From assembly GCF_000020965.1 (NCBI RefSeq), contig NC_011297.1:664387-696386 (forward strand): DNA of 32,000 nt. The letters are read 5' to 3'. Origin of the DNA: Dictyoglomus thermophilum H-6-12. GTDB taxonomy: Bacteria > Dictyoglomota > Dictyoglomia > Dictyoglomales > Dictyoglomaceae. Numbering within the stretch: position 1 is the first letter of the stretch; each line of letters opens with the position of its first letter. The position numbers and the translations under genes are program-made. Positions 8,989 to 17,279 of this stretch are shown here, piece after piece. Below the pieces are notes generated by a model. The model was not told the origin of the DNA. It worked only from the letters and a program-made list of their open reading frames with translations, and made no database searches.

Positions 8989-10088
8989 AAAAAGTTTATT
9001 TCTTAGTAAATGGCCCTGGAGAAATCTCTGGTTGGTTATACCCTTTGGTTAAATGGATTAAAGAGTTTAATCCAGCATGGTCTCAAGATTTAGTCTTTAA
9101 TTCTATAGTTGTTCCTTGTCAGTTTGCGTCAGGCAGAGAAGAGGAGGTATTAAAATCTTGGAATTTTTTTGGCGAAGTTATTCCTTCTAATAAGTATTGG
9201 AGTTTATTTAGAGATGGTAGAAAATATGAAAATTCAGTTTTCTTCCATATAGGAGGAGACTTATATTTTAACTTAGCCCTTTCTAAGAGGAAAAAAGGTA
9301 TACCTGTAGCTTATGTGGAGAAATATTTTTGGGGAGAGAGATTTTATAGAAAAGTTTACACCTTGAACGATAAATTAAATATTCCAAATTCTATTTTCGT
9401 GGGAGATTTAAGATTTGATTTTTTACCTTCAAATGCTTTCTCCGATAGTAATAATATTGCTCTATTTCCAGGGAGTAGAAATTATGCCTTGAAATTTTTT
9501 ATTCCATTTTATTTGGCTCTTGTTAAAGAAATAGTAAAGGATTTTCCAGATTTTAATTTCACTTTCTTTCTGTCACCTTTTATTGATGGAAAAGTTGTAG
9601 ATGATATTTTGAGAAGAGTAAATTCTATGGTAAAAGATCTTCCTATAAAATTTGAGATCCTTGATGATATGAAGAAACTGAACGGATATTTAATGGCAAT
9701 AACCTTACCTGGAACCAATACTATGCAACTTGCATATATGAAAATACCTATGATTGTTATTCTTCCTCTTCATAGACCTGAATTCATTCCTATAGAGGGA
9801 ATTGCGAATTTATTTAAAGGTAGGCTAAGGGAGGGACTGATCAATCTTTATTTAAAGAAAAATCCTTATCTTGCTTTGCCTAATAAAATATCTCCAGGTA
9901 TTATCCCTGAGATTGTGGGAAATTTTCATTTTAGAGATGTACTTAAGTATATAAAGGAGATTTTGTATAATAGGGAGAGGTTAATTAAGATTCATGAAAA
10001 ATTAAAGGAGAATTTTAATAAGGATTATTTGAGCTCTGAGATTATATGGAAAGACTTATACAATGAAGTACTTAGCAAGATTATTTAA
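8985..10088 (+). CDS. LpxB-related glycosyltransferase-like protein (lipid-A-disaccharide synthase-related family), function unknown
   Basis: ATGA overlap with lpxB. Its motifs parallel the neighbouring LpxB: NGPGEISGWLYPL (vs SALEVSADIHGAKL), IALFPGSRNYAL (vs LFPGSRIQEI), LPGTNTMQLAYMKIPMIVILP (vs ASGTVTLEAAILKTPAMVFY) and LALPNKISPGIIPEIVG (vs ALPNIILNQMIYPEFIQ). Confidence 0.55.
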   Translation: MKKVYFLVNGPGEISGWLYPLVKWIKEFNPAWSQDLVFNSIVVPCQFASGREEEVLKSWNFFGEVIPSNKYWSLFRDGRKYENSVFFHIGGDLYFNLALSKRKKGIPVAYVEKYFWGERFYRKVYTLNDKLNIPNSIFVGDLRFDFLPSNAFSDSNNIALFPGSRNYALKFFIPFYLALVKEIVKDFPDFNFTFFLSPFIDGKVVDDILRRVNSMVKDLPIKFEILDDMKKLNGYLMAITLPGTNTMQLAYMKIPMIVILPLHRPEFIPIEGIANLFKGRLREGLINLYLKKNPYLALPNKISPGIIPEIVGNFHFRDVLKYIKEILYNRERLIKIHEKLKENFNKDYLSSEIIWKDLYNEVLSKII

Positions 10089-11802
10089 ATTAATAAAACC
10101 TTATTGGGGATATTTTATATTAGGTCTTTTTTGTATTCTAGTTGGTAATGGGGCTCAATTGTATGCTCCTAAATTTTTAGGAGAACTTTTAGATCAGCTT
10201 TCTAATGTTAAAGATCTTGCTGTCCTTAATAGACTTTCGCTAATAATTATACTTCTTCTTTTCTTAAGAAGTTTATTTTTATATGGACAAATTTATATTT
10301 TCTCTTTTATAGGTCATAGAGTTGTTGCAGATCTTAGGGAAAAGCTTTTCTCCAAAATTCAATACTTATCTCTTGATTATTTAAATCGATGGAATAGTGG
10401 AGATCTCATTGCAAGAACTTTACAAGATACTCAGCTAATTCAGACATCTTTCCTCTCAGGTATCGCAGATCTTTTTTATGCTATTGTACTCCTCTTGGGA
10501 GTATTAATAATTGTAGTACTTACTGATTGGCAGCTTGCTCTTGCTACTTTTCTTGTTATTCCTCTTTTTGTCTTTTCTATATCAGGAATAGGGAAGGAAA
10601 TTCAGAAATGGTCTTTGGCTGTCCAGAGAAAGATTGCAGATCTTACAAGAATAATTCAAGAAAGCATTAAAGGAGCAAGAGTAGTTAGAGTATTTTCTCA
10701 AGAAGAGACGGAGATTAAAAGGTTTAAGGAAGAGAATGAGAAGAATTTTTTTAGAAACCTAAAGATAGCAAGGCTTACTGCCATTCAAATTCCTCTCTCT
10801 AGCTTTTTAAGTGCTTTAGCACTTGTTTTTATTCTATGGCTTGGAACGAGAAAAATTGCCAAGGGAGAGATGACTCTTGGAACTTTTGTGGCTTTTTTAA
10901 CTTATGTAGGTATGGCTATTGATCCTACACAGACTATTTTGAGAGTTTTAGCGGGATTAAGACAGGCATATGCTGCTTTAGAACGAATCTTTGAGGTTTT
11001 GGAGATGGGCAAAGAAGTATTAGAGGTAAAAAATCCTATTGTTCTTCCACCTATAAAGGGTTTTGTAGAATTTGATAATGTTTCCTTTACTTATGACGGG
11101 ATTAATTGGGTGTTAAAAGATATAAATCTTAAAGTTAGAGCTGGAGAAAAAATTGCCATTGTAGGAAGTAGCGGAGCAGGGAAAACTTCTTTAGTAAATC
11201 TGATACCACGTTTTATTGATCCAACTAAAGGGGTAGTAAGGATAGATGGATATGATATTAGAAAAGTTAGTCTTAAATCTTTAAGATCACAAATTGGTTT
11301 TGTACCCCAAGAGACAATTATTTTTCATGGTACAGTGAGGGATAATATAAGTTATGGAAATCCGTATGTTTCCTTTGAGGAAATTGTAGAGGCTGCAAAG
11401 ATGGCAAGAGCTCATGATTTTATAATGAAATTACCTCAAGGATACGATACTATAATTGGTGAAGGAGGAATTAATTTATCGGGAGGACAAGCTCAGAGAA
11501 TAGCTATTGCAAGAACTATTCTTTTAAAACCTCGATTAATTATTCTTGATGAGGCTACATCTGCTCTTGATTCAGAGTCTGAGGCTTTTGTTCAAGAGGC
11601 TCTTGAGGAGCTGATGAGAGGGAAAACTGCTTTTATTGTTGCTCATAGGCTTTCAACTATTAAAAGAGCTGACAGAATTGTGGTACTTGAGAATGGAGAA
11701 ATAGTAGAAGAAGGTACCCATGAAGAGCTCTTGAAATTGGGAGGAGTTTATCTGAGAATAATAAAATGGCAATTAGAGGAGAGTAAGGACAAAAATGAAT
11801 AA
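10063..11802 (+). CDS. msbA: ABC transporter permease/ATPase fusion, MsbA-like lipid A flippase
   Basis: Type I exporter half-transporter with an N-terminal 6-TM domain. The C-terminal NBD carries Walker A GSSGAGKTS, signature LSGGQAQRIAIART and Walker B IILDEATSALD. The position behind lpxB is typical for msbA. Substrate assignment is by context only. Confidence 0.75.
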   Translation: MKYLARLFKLIKPYWGYFILGLFCILVGNGAQLYAPKFLGELLDQLSNVKDLAVLNRLSLIIILLLFLRSLFLYGQIYIFSFIGHRVVADLREKLFSKIQYLSLDYLNRWNSGDLIARTLQDTQLIQTSFLSGIADLFYAIVLLLGVLIIVVLTDWQLALATFLVIPLFVFSISGIGKEIQKWSLAVQRKIADLTRIIQESIKGARVVRVFSQEETEIKRFKEENEKNFFRNLKIARLTAIQIPLSSFLSALALVFILWLGTRKIAKGEMTLGTFVAFLTYVGMAIDPTQTILRVLAGLRQAYAALERIFEVLEMGKEVLEVKNPIVLPPIKGFVEFDNVSFTYDGINWVLKDINLKVRAGEKIAIVGSSGAGKTSLVNLIPRFIDPTKGVVRIDGYDIRKVSLKSLRSQIGFVPQETIIFHGTVRDNISYGNPYVSFEEIVEAAKMARAHDFIMKLPQGYDTIIGEGGINLSGGQAQRIAIARTILLKPRLIILDEATSALDSESEAFVQEALEELMRGKTAFIVAHRLSTIKRADRIVVLENGEIVEEGTHEELLKLGGVYLRIIKWQLEESKDKNE

Positions 11803-12742
11803 GGTAAAAGTAGGAGTTATAGGTGTAGGTTATTTAGGACAACATCATGTGAGAATCTTTAGTGAGATTCCCCAAGTAGAACTTTTGGGGGTATGTGATA
11901 TAAATCTTAAAAGGGCTAAAGAAATTGCTTCTATATATAATATACCCTTTGTGACTGACGATTATAGAGATCTCATTGATAAGGTAGAGGCTGTAAGTAT
12001 TGTTACTCCAACAATTTCTCATTTTCAGATAGCGAAAGATTTTCTTGAGAAGGGCATTCATACCTTTATTGAAAAGCCTGTTACGTATAACTTAAGGGAA
12101 GCAGAGATATTGTTAGATATCGCGAGTGGAAAAGATTTAGTTTTACAGGTAGGACATATTGAAAGATTTAATCCTGCAGTACAGGAATTAAAAAAGTATA
12201 TAAAGAATCCTTTTTATATTGAGGCAAGGAGAATGGGACCTTTTGATGGTAGGTCTACCGATGTTGGGGTTGTTATGGATCTTATGATACATGATTTAGA
12301 CATTCTTTTTTATATTCTTGGAAAGAATAGAAAAATTATTGATATAAATGGAGTAGGTTATTCTATTTATACTCCTCATGAAGATTTTGCAACAGTGAAT
12401 ATCCTTTTTGAAGGGGATATATTTGTAAATCTTATAGCAAGTAAAGTTTCACCTAAGAAGTTAAGAAAACTCGATATTCATGAAAAGAGTGGAGATCAAA
12501 TAATTGTAGATTATATTGAACAGAGTATATCTATAGTTCATGGAGGAGCTCAGCATATTGAGTCTAGTTTAGAGTCACCGGTTTTAGAAAGAGAAGAACC
12601 ATTGAGATTGGAACTTGAACATTTTGTAAAATGTATTTTGGAGGGGAAAGATCCTGAGGTTACTCTTGAAGATGGTAAGTTAGCATTAGCGCTTGCTACA
12701 GAAATATTGAAGGAGTTGAAGGTTTTTGATTTTAAGAGGTAG
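11795..12742 (+). CDS. Gfo/Idh/MocA-family NAD(P)-dependent oxidoreductase (possible sugar-nucleotide 3-dehydrogenase)
   Basis: N-terminal Rossmann motif KVGVIGVGYLGQHH, the family-typical FIEKPV motif, and a C-terminal alpha/beta domain. Overlaps msbA by 8 nt. Confidence 0.8.
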   Translation: MNKVKVGVIGVGYLGQHHVRIFSEIPQVELLGVCDINLKRAKEIASIYNIPFVTDDYRDLIDKVEAVSIVTPTISHFQIAKDFLEKGIHTFIEKPVTYNLREAEILLDIASGKDLVLQVGHIERFNPAVQELKKYIKNPFYIEARRMGPFDGRSTDVGVVMDLMIHDLDILFYILGKNRKIIDINGVGYSIYTPHEDFATVNILFEGDIFVNLIASKVSPKKLRKLDIHEKSGDQIIVDYIEQSISIVHGGAQHIESSLESPVLEREEPLRLELEHFVKCILEGKDPEVTLEDGKLALALATEILKELKVFDFKR

Positions 12743-13349
12743 ATTCTTTGTTATTGTTTTTTCCCTTTTTGTCTTAATTAGTTTAGCGGGTGGACAGGAT
12801 TTTAATCTTTTAATAAAAGAATACGAGGCTAAATATAATAAGGATTCAAGGGATCCCGATACTGTTTTTAATCTGCTTGTGTTGTATGGTGCTATAGGAA
12901 ATTTAGAAAAATTATATGAATATTACAATATCCTAAATAAGATCGATCCTAATTACTTAAAGGAAAATATAAGGTCTAACCTTAAAAATAATTCTGAGGA
13001 TATTTTTAATCTTTACAAAATTGCCTTTTCTTATTATTTCTTGGGAGAGGTGGATAAGGCAATTTATTATTTTAACAAGCTAAGTTTATTGAGGCCTAAG
13101 GATGATTGGATAATGAGTTATCTTGCATATTTACATTACTTAAAGGGCAACTATAATGAAGTCGAAGCTCTTGTGAATAAGGGCCTTGAGATAAATAGAG
13201 ACAATGAAGCACTTCATGCTTTGAGGTGTGCATTATATTTAAAAAAGGGTAATTATCTTTTAGCCTTGAAAGAATATTTTATTACTATGAATATTGTTCA
13301 AAAAAAGGGATACAAGAACATATGGGAGATACTCAGAGGTTTGAGATAA
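12726..13349 (+). CDS. TPR-repeat protein with N-terminal signal/anchor segment
   Basis: TTG start overlapping the upstream gene by 17 nt. The hydrophobic N-terminus (FFVIVFSLFVLISLAGG) has no lipobox Cys. Repeated TPR-like helical pairs follow (YKIAFSYYFLGEVDKAIYYFNKL; LAYLHYLKGNYNEVEALVNKGLEI; ALYLKKGNYLLALKEY). Confidence 0.6.
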   Translation: MILRGRFFVIVFSLFVLISLAGGQDFNLLIKEYEAKYNKDSRDPDTVFNLLVLYGAIGNLEKLYEYYNILNKIDPNYLKENIRSNLKNNSEDIFNLYKIAFSYYFLGEVDKAIYYFNKLSLLRPKDDWIMSYLAYLHYLKGNYNEVEALVNKGLEINRDNEALHALRCALYLKKGNYLLALKEYFITMNIVQKKGYKNIWEILRGLR

Positions 13350-13352
13350 AAA

Positions 13353-13381
13353 TTGACATGAAATTAAAAATTTTTTAACAT
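13353..13381 (+). promoter_or_regulatory. Sigma-70-type promoter for lptB (-35 TTGACA, 17-bp spacer, -10 TAACAT)
   Basis: A perfect TTGACA at 13353-13358, exactly 17 bp of AT-rich spacer, then TAACAT at 13376-13381. This lies in the only real intergenic gap (40 nt) in the first 17 kb. The lptB ATG is 8 nt after the -10 and no Shine-Dalgarno is present. Confidence 0.5.
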
Positions 13382-13389
13382 TAAAGCAT

Positions 13390-14109
13390 ATGAGTTTGGA
13401 AACTGTTGGCATTTATAAATATTACGGCAAAAGATGTGTGGTTAGAAATGTATCCCTTACTGTAGATCCTGGGTATGTAGTTGGCCTTCTAGGTCCTAAC
13501 GGGGCTGGTAAGACTACTACTTTCTATACTATCATGGGAGAGGTTTATGCTGATGGTGGAAAAGTAATTCTCGATGGTGAAGATATTACTTATCTTTCTA
13601 TGCCTCAAAGGGCAAGAAAAGGCATAGGCTATCTTGCTCAGGATCCTACAATTTTTAGGAAGCTCACTGTGGAAGAGAATATTAAATTAGTTTTAGAACT
13701 TACCAATTTAACGCCTAAAGAGCAAAAGAAAAAACTTGAGGAATTAATTGATGAATTTCAACTCCATAAAGTTAGGAAAAATTTAGGTTATACCTTGTCG
13801 GGTGGGGAAAGAAGAAGGGTAGAGATAGCAAGGGTTTTAGCTTTATCGCCTAGGTATATACTTCTTGATGAACCCTTTGCAGGGGTAGATCCTATCACAG
13901 TACAGAATCTTCAAGAGACTATTTATTATTTAAAAGATAAAGGACTTGGGATTCTTATAACAGATCATAATGTACGAGACACATTAGCTATAACAGATTA
14001 TGCTTATATTATCTTTTCGGGAGAGGTTCTGATCTCAGGAACTCCTGGGGAAATAATTAGTAGTGATATTGCAAAAAGATTCTTTCTTGGGGAGAGGTTT
14101 AATCTTTGA
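13390..14109 (+). CDS. lptB: LPS export ABC transporter ATP-binding protein LptB
   Basis: A 239-aa stand-alone NBD with Walker A GPNGAGKTT, signature LSGGERRRVEIARVL, Walker B ILLDEPFAGVDP and the LptB-like C-terminal tail ...AKRFFLGERFNL. Confidence 0.85.
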   Translation: MSLETVGIYKYYGKRCVVRNVSLTVDPGYVVGLLGPNGAGKTTTFYTIMGEVYADGGKVILDGEDITYLSMPQRARKGIGYLAQDPTIFRKLTVEENIKLVLELTNLTPKEQKKKLEELIDEFQLHKVRKNLGYTLSGGERRRVEIARVLALSPRYILLDEPFAGVDPITVQNLQETIYYLKDKGLGILITDHNVRDTLAITDYAYIIFSGEVLISGTPGEIISSDIAKRFFLGERFNL

Positions 14110-15299
14110 TGTCTGGAATAATACTAATAGTTATATTGCTTGTTGCTAGCGGATTAATAGCATATGCAGGTGACTATGTGGGAAGGAAGGCAGGAAAAAA
14201 GAAACTTTCTATTTTTAACCTTCGTCCTAAGTATACCTCAAGGATTATTAGCGTTTTTACTGGGATTCTTATCATGATTTTTTCTCTTATTGTTTTATCT
14301 ATATTTTCTGAAAATGTTAGGATAGCTCTTTTTGGCATGGAAAAGTTAAAAAGAGAAATAACTGATCTTCAGGTTAACATAAAAAATAAAGAAAAAGAAC
14401 TTTCAGAGATTATACAGAAATATGAAGAGGTGAGGATAGAAAGAGAGAAAGCGATAAAGGAGTTGGAGAGTTATAAGAAGAAGCTTGATGAGTTAGAGAA
14501 AGATAGAGCTAAAATGCTTACAGAAATTAAGAATTTATCTAGGGAGAGAGAATTACTTTTAAGAGAAAATGAGAAATTGCAAAGATCTATATATGATATT
14601 TCTCAAAAGATCTCTTTTTTAAATAAGGAGAGGGAAAAATTGTTAGAGGAAAAGAAAGAGCTTATTGATGAGATACAGTTTTTGAACTCTACAATAACGA
14701 GTATGAGAACTGAAGGCATAGTTTTTAGGAGAGGAGAATTGATACTCAATTATATTTCAAAGGGAAGTTTAAACAAGGAACAGGCAGAAAAAGAAGCTAA
14801 GGCACTTCTTTCATTGATAGAAAATATAGCTAAAGAAAGGGGAGCTGGAAGTGAGGAAAAGGGATTTATATGGATTCCCGAAGCGGAATGGAAAAAACTA
14901 TTAGATGCTTTTACAAGTCCTGGAGAGAAATTAATAAGAGTCTTTTCTCTTGCAAATATTTTTGAGGGAGAACCTGCTCTTTTAAACTTTGAGATATATC
15001 CATATAGGCTTGTATTCAAGAAGGGAGAGATATTGGTTTTAAAAGTGATTGATGGTGGGGAAGATATGAATAGTATCGAAGCGAAGCTTCTTGAAGTGCT
15101 TTCTGAAGTTAACAGAATAGCACAGCAAAAGGGTGTACTTCCAGATCCTCTCACTAATACTGTTGGAGAAATTTCTTTTGAAGAATTTTATAATATAGTT
15201 TATAAAATAAAAGAAAAAAACAAAAAGGTTATTCTAAAAGTTATAGTTGATGAAGATACCTATAACAGTGGTCCTTTAAAAATAAGATTTGAATTGTAG
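14109..15299 (+). CDS. DUF3084-like membrane protein: two N-terminal TM helices, long coiled coil, C-terminal globular domain
   Basis: The ATG at 14109 overlaps the lptB TGA (TGATG); the track ORF starts one codon earlier at TTG 14106. TM1 is IILIVILLVASGLIAYAG, followed by the basic loop GRKAGKKKLSIFNLRPKYTS and then TM2 IISVFTGILIMIFSLIVLSIF. About 130 aa of heptad-like K/E/L-rich sequence follow, then a ~190-aa C-terminal domain. The N-terminal pattern matches what I recall of DUF3084 proteins (recollection, not searched). Confidence 0.5.
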   Translation: MSGIILIVILLVASGLIAYAGDYVGRKAGKKKLSIFNLRPKYTSRIISVFTGILIMIFSLIVLSIFSENVRIALFGMEKLKREITDLQVNIKNKEKELSEIIQKYEEVRIEREKAIKELESYKKKLDELEKDRAKMLTEIKNLSRERELLLRENEKLQRSIYDISQKISFLNKEREKLLEEKKELIDEIQFLNSTITSMRTEGIVFRRGELILNYISKGSLNKEQAEKEAKALLSLIENIAKERGAGSEEKGFIWIPEAEWKKLLDAFTSPGEKLIRVFSLANIFEGEPALLNFEIYPYRLVFKKGEILVLKVIDGGEDMNSIEAKLLEVLSEVNRIAQQKGVLPDPLTNTVGEISFEEFYNIVYKIKEKNKKVILKVIVDEDTYNSGPLKIRFEL

Positions 15300-15313
15300 G
15301 AGGTAGAAAGTCT

Positions 15314-16756
15314 ATGGAGAAAAAGTTTGTGGAAGAGTTAACCTCTCAAAAAGAAGATTTTTCTAAATGGTATACAGAAGTGGTTTTAAAAGCAGATTTA
15401 GTGGATTATTCTCCAGTTAAGGGATGTATGGTGATAAAACCTTACGGTTATGCTATTTGGGAAAATATGCAGAGAATTCTTGATGAGAAGATAAAAGCAA
15501 CAGGCCATGTAAATGCCTATTTTCCCCTTTTTATACCTAAGAGCTTTCTAGAAAAGGAGGCAGAGCATGTAGAAGGTTTTTCTCCTCAGGTTGCTTGGGT
15601 AACTAAAGGAGGGGATGAAGAGCTATTTGAACCTCTTGCTGTAAGACCTACCTCAGAGGCAATTATATGTAGTATGTATTCAAAATGGATACAGTCTTGG
15701 AGAGATTTGCCAGTCTTAATAAATCAGTGGGCAAATGTGGTAAGATGGGAAAAAGAGACAAGGCCCTTTTTAAGAACTACAGAGTTCTTATGGCAAGAAG
15801 GGCATACTGCTCATAGAACCTTTGAAGAGGCAGAAGAAGAAGCATTGAGAATGTTGAATGTTTACAAGGATTTTGTTGAAAATGATCTTGCTATTCCTGT
15901 GATAGCTGGAAGAAAAACTGAGAACGAAAAATTCGCAGGTGCACTTCACACTTATTCCATTGAGGTACTTCTTGCAGACGGTAGAGCCCTTCAAGCTGGA
16001 ACTTCTCATAACTTAGGTCAGCATTTTGCGAAAGCCTTCGATATAATGTTCCAGGATGTGGATGGAGAGAGAAAATATGTGTGGCAAACTAGCTGGGGAG
16101 TTTCTACAAGATTGATAGGAGCTTTAATAATGACCCATGGAGACGATTATGGACTTGTACTTCCCCCAAGAGTTGCTCCTTATCAGATAGTCATCATACC
16201 TATATGGAAAAGTGAAACGGATAAGACAAAAGTTTATAATTATGTGGACGAGATTTATGAGGTCTTAAGAAAATACTTCAGAGTTAAAGTAGATAAAGAC
16301 GAGGAACATACTCCAGGATGGAAGTTCAATGAATGGGAATTGAAAGGTGTTCCTGTTAGAGTGGAAATAGGCCCTAAAGAGGTAGAGAAGCAAGAGTTAT
16401 ATGTGGCAAGAAGAGATTTGAGAATAAAAATGTCAATTAAGAGAGAAAATATGGTCCAGGATTTAGAAAATCTTCTGAGAGATATTCAGAAGACTCTCTT
16501 TGAAAAGGCGTTGAGATTTAGAGAAGAAAATACGTATGAAATTGATAATTTTGAAGAATTTAAGAGGATTATGGATACAAAAAGGGGATTTGTAAAGGCA
16601 AGTTGGTGTGGAGATGGGGAATGTGAGTTAAAGATAAAAGAATTAACAGGAGCAACCATAAGAAATATACCTCTTGATTGGAAGGAAGAAGAAGGAAAAT
16701 GTATTTTATGTGGAAAGGAGACAAAAATAAAAGCTCTTTTTGCAAAAGCCTACTGA
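15314..16756 (+). CDS. proS: Proline--tRNA ligase, archaeal/eukaryote-like architecture
   Basis: GGAGG RBS. Class II aaRS core ([34 protein letters not shown]) with no bacterial INS editing insertion. It has the anticodon-binding domain and the Cys-containing C-terminal domain ending ...ALFAKAY, with the characteristic terminal Tyr. Confidence 0.9.
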
Positions 16757-16757
16757 T

Positions 16758-17201
16758 ATGGTTAAAGTTTTGATTGAAAGAATAGACAAAGATTTACCTC
16801 TCCCTAATTATGCTACCTCTGGGTCAGCAGCATTGGATCTATATTCTCGTATTGACTTTGAACTTCCTCCCTTTAAAGAGATTGGAGGGGGGCTTGTAAT
16901 TCCTACTGGTATAAAAATTGCTTTGCCTGAGGGATATTTAGCTTTTGTTTTACCAAGAAGTGGGCTTGCTGCAAAGGAGGGAATATCGATTCTTAATACT
17001 CCAGGGCTTATTGATAGTGATTACAGAGGAGAAATTTTCGTAAATTTAATCAATTTTTCTAATAAGACATTTTATGGAAAAAGAGGTATGCGTATTGCTC
17101 AACTTTTGGTTCTTCAATATGCTCACGTGATGTGGGAAGAAGTATCTCAGCTTCCCCAAACTGAGAGAGGTGAAGGGGGGCTGGGAAGTACAGGATTATA
17201 A
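16758..17201 (+). CDS. dut: dUTP diphosphatase (trimeric dUTPase)
   Basis: Motifs [38 protein letters not shown] and C-terminal [10 protein letters not shown]. The track ORF begins at TTG 16740. The ATG at 16758 (MVKVLIERI...), 1 nt after the proS stop, fits Dut N-termini better. Confidence 0.85.
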
Positions 17202-17279
17202 TCTTCTTTAAAATTTTTGATAATATAATTCTTAGGAAGTAAAAAAAAATATAAAAAGTAAGGGGGTTTTGAAAGAAAA

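Noticed and set aside
17217-17245. TTGATA, 17 nt, TAAAAA as a promoter for the EF-G paralog in the 78-nt gap after dut.
   Set aside because: It is plausible, but the -10 is degenerate and the whole gap is A/T-rich, so the match is not specific enough to report as a feature.
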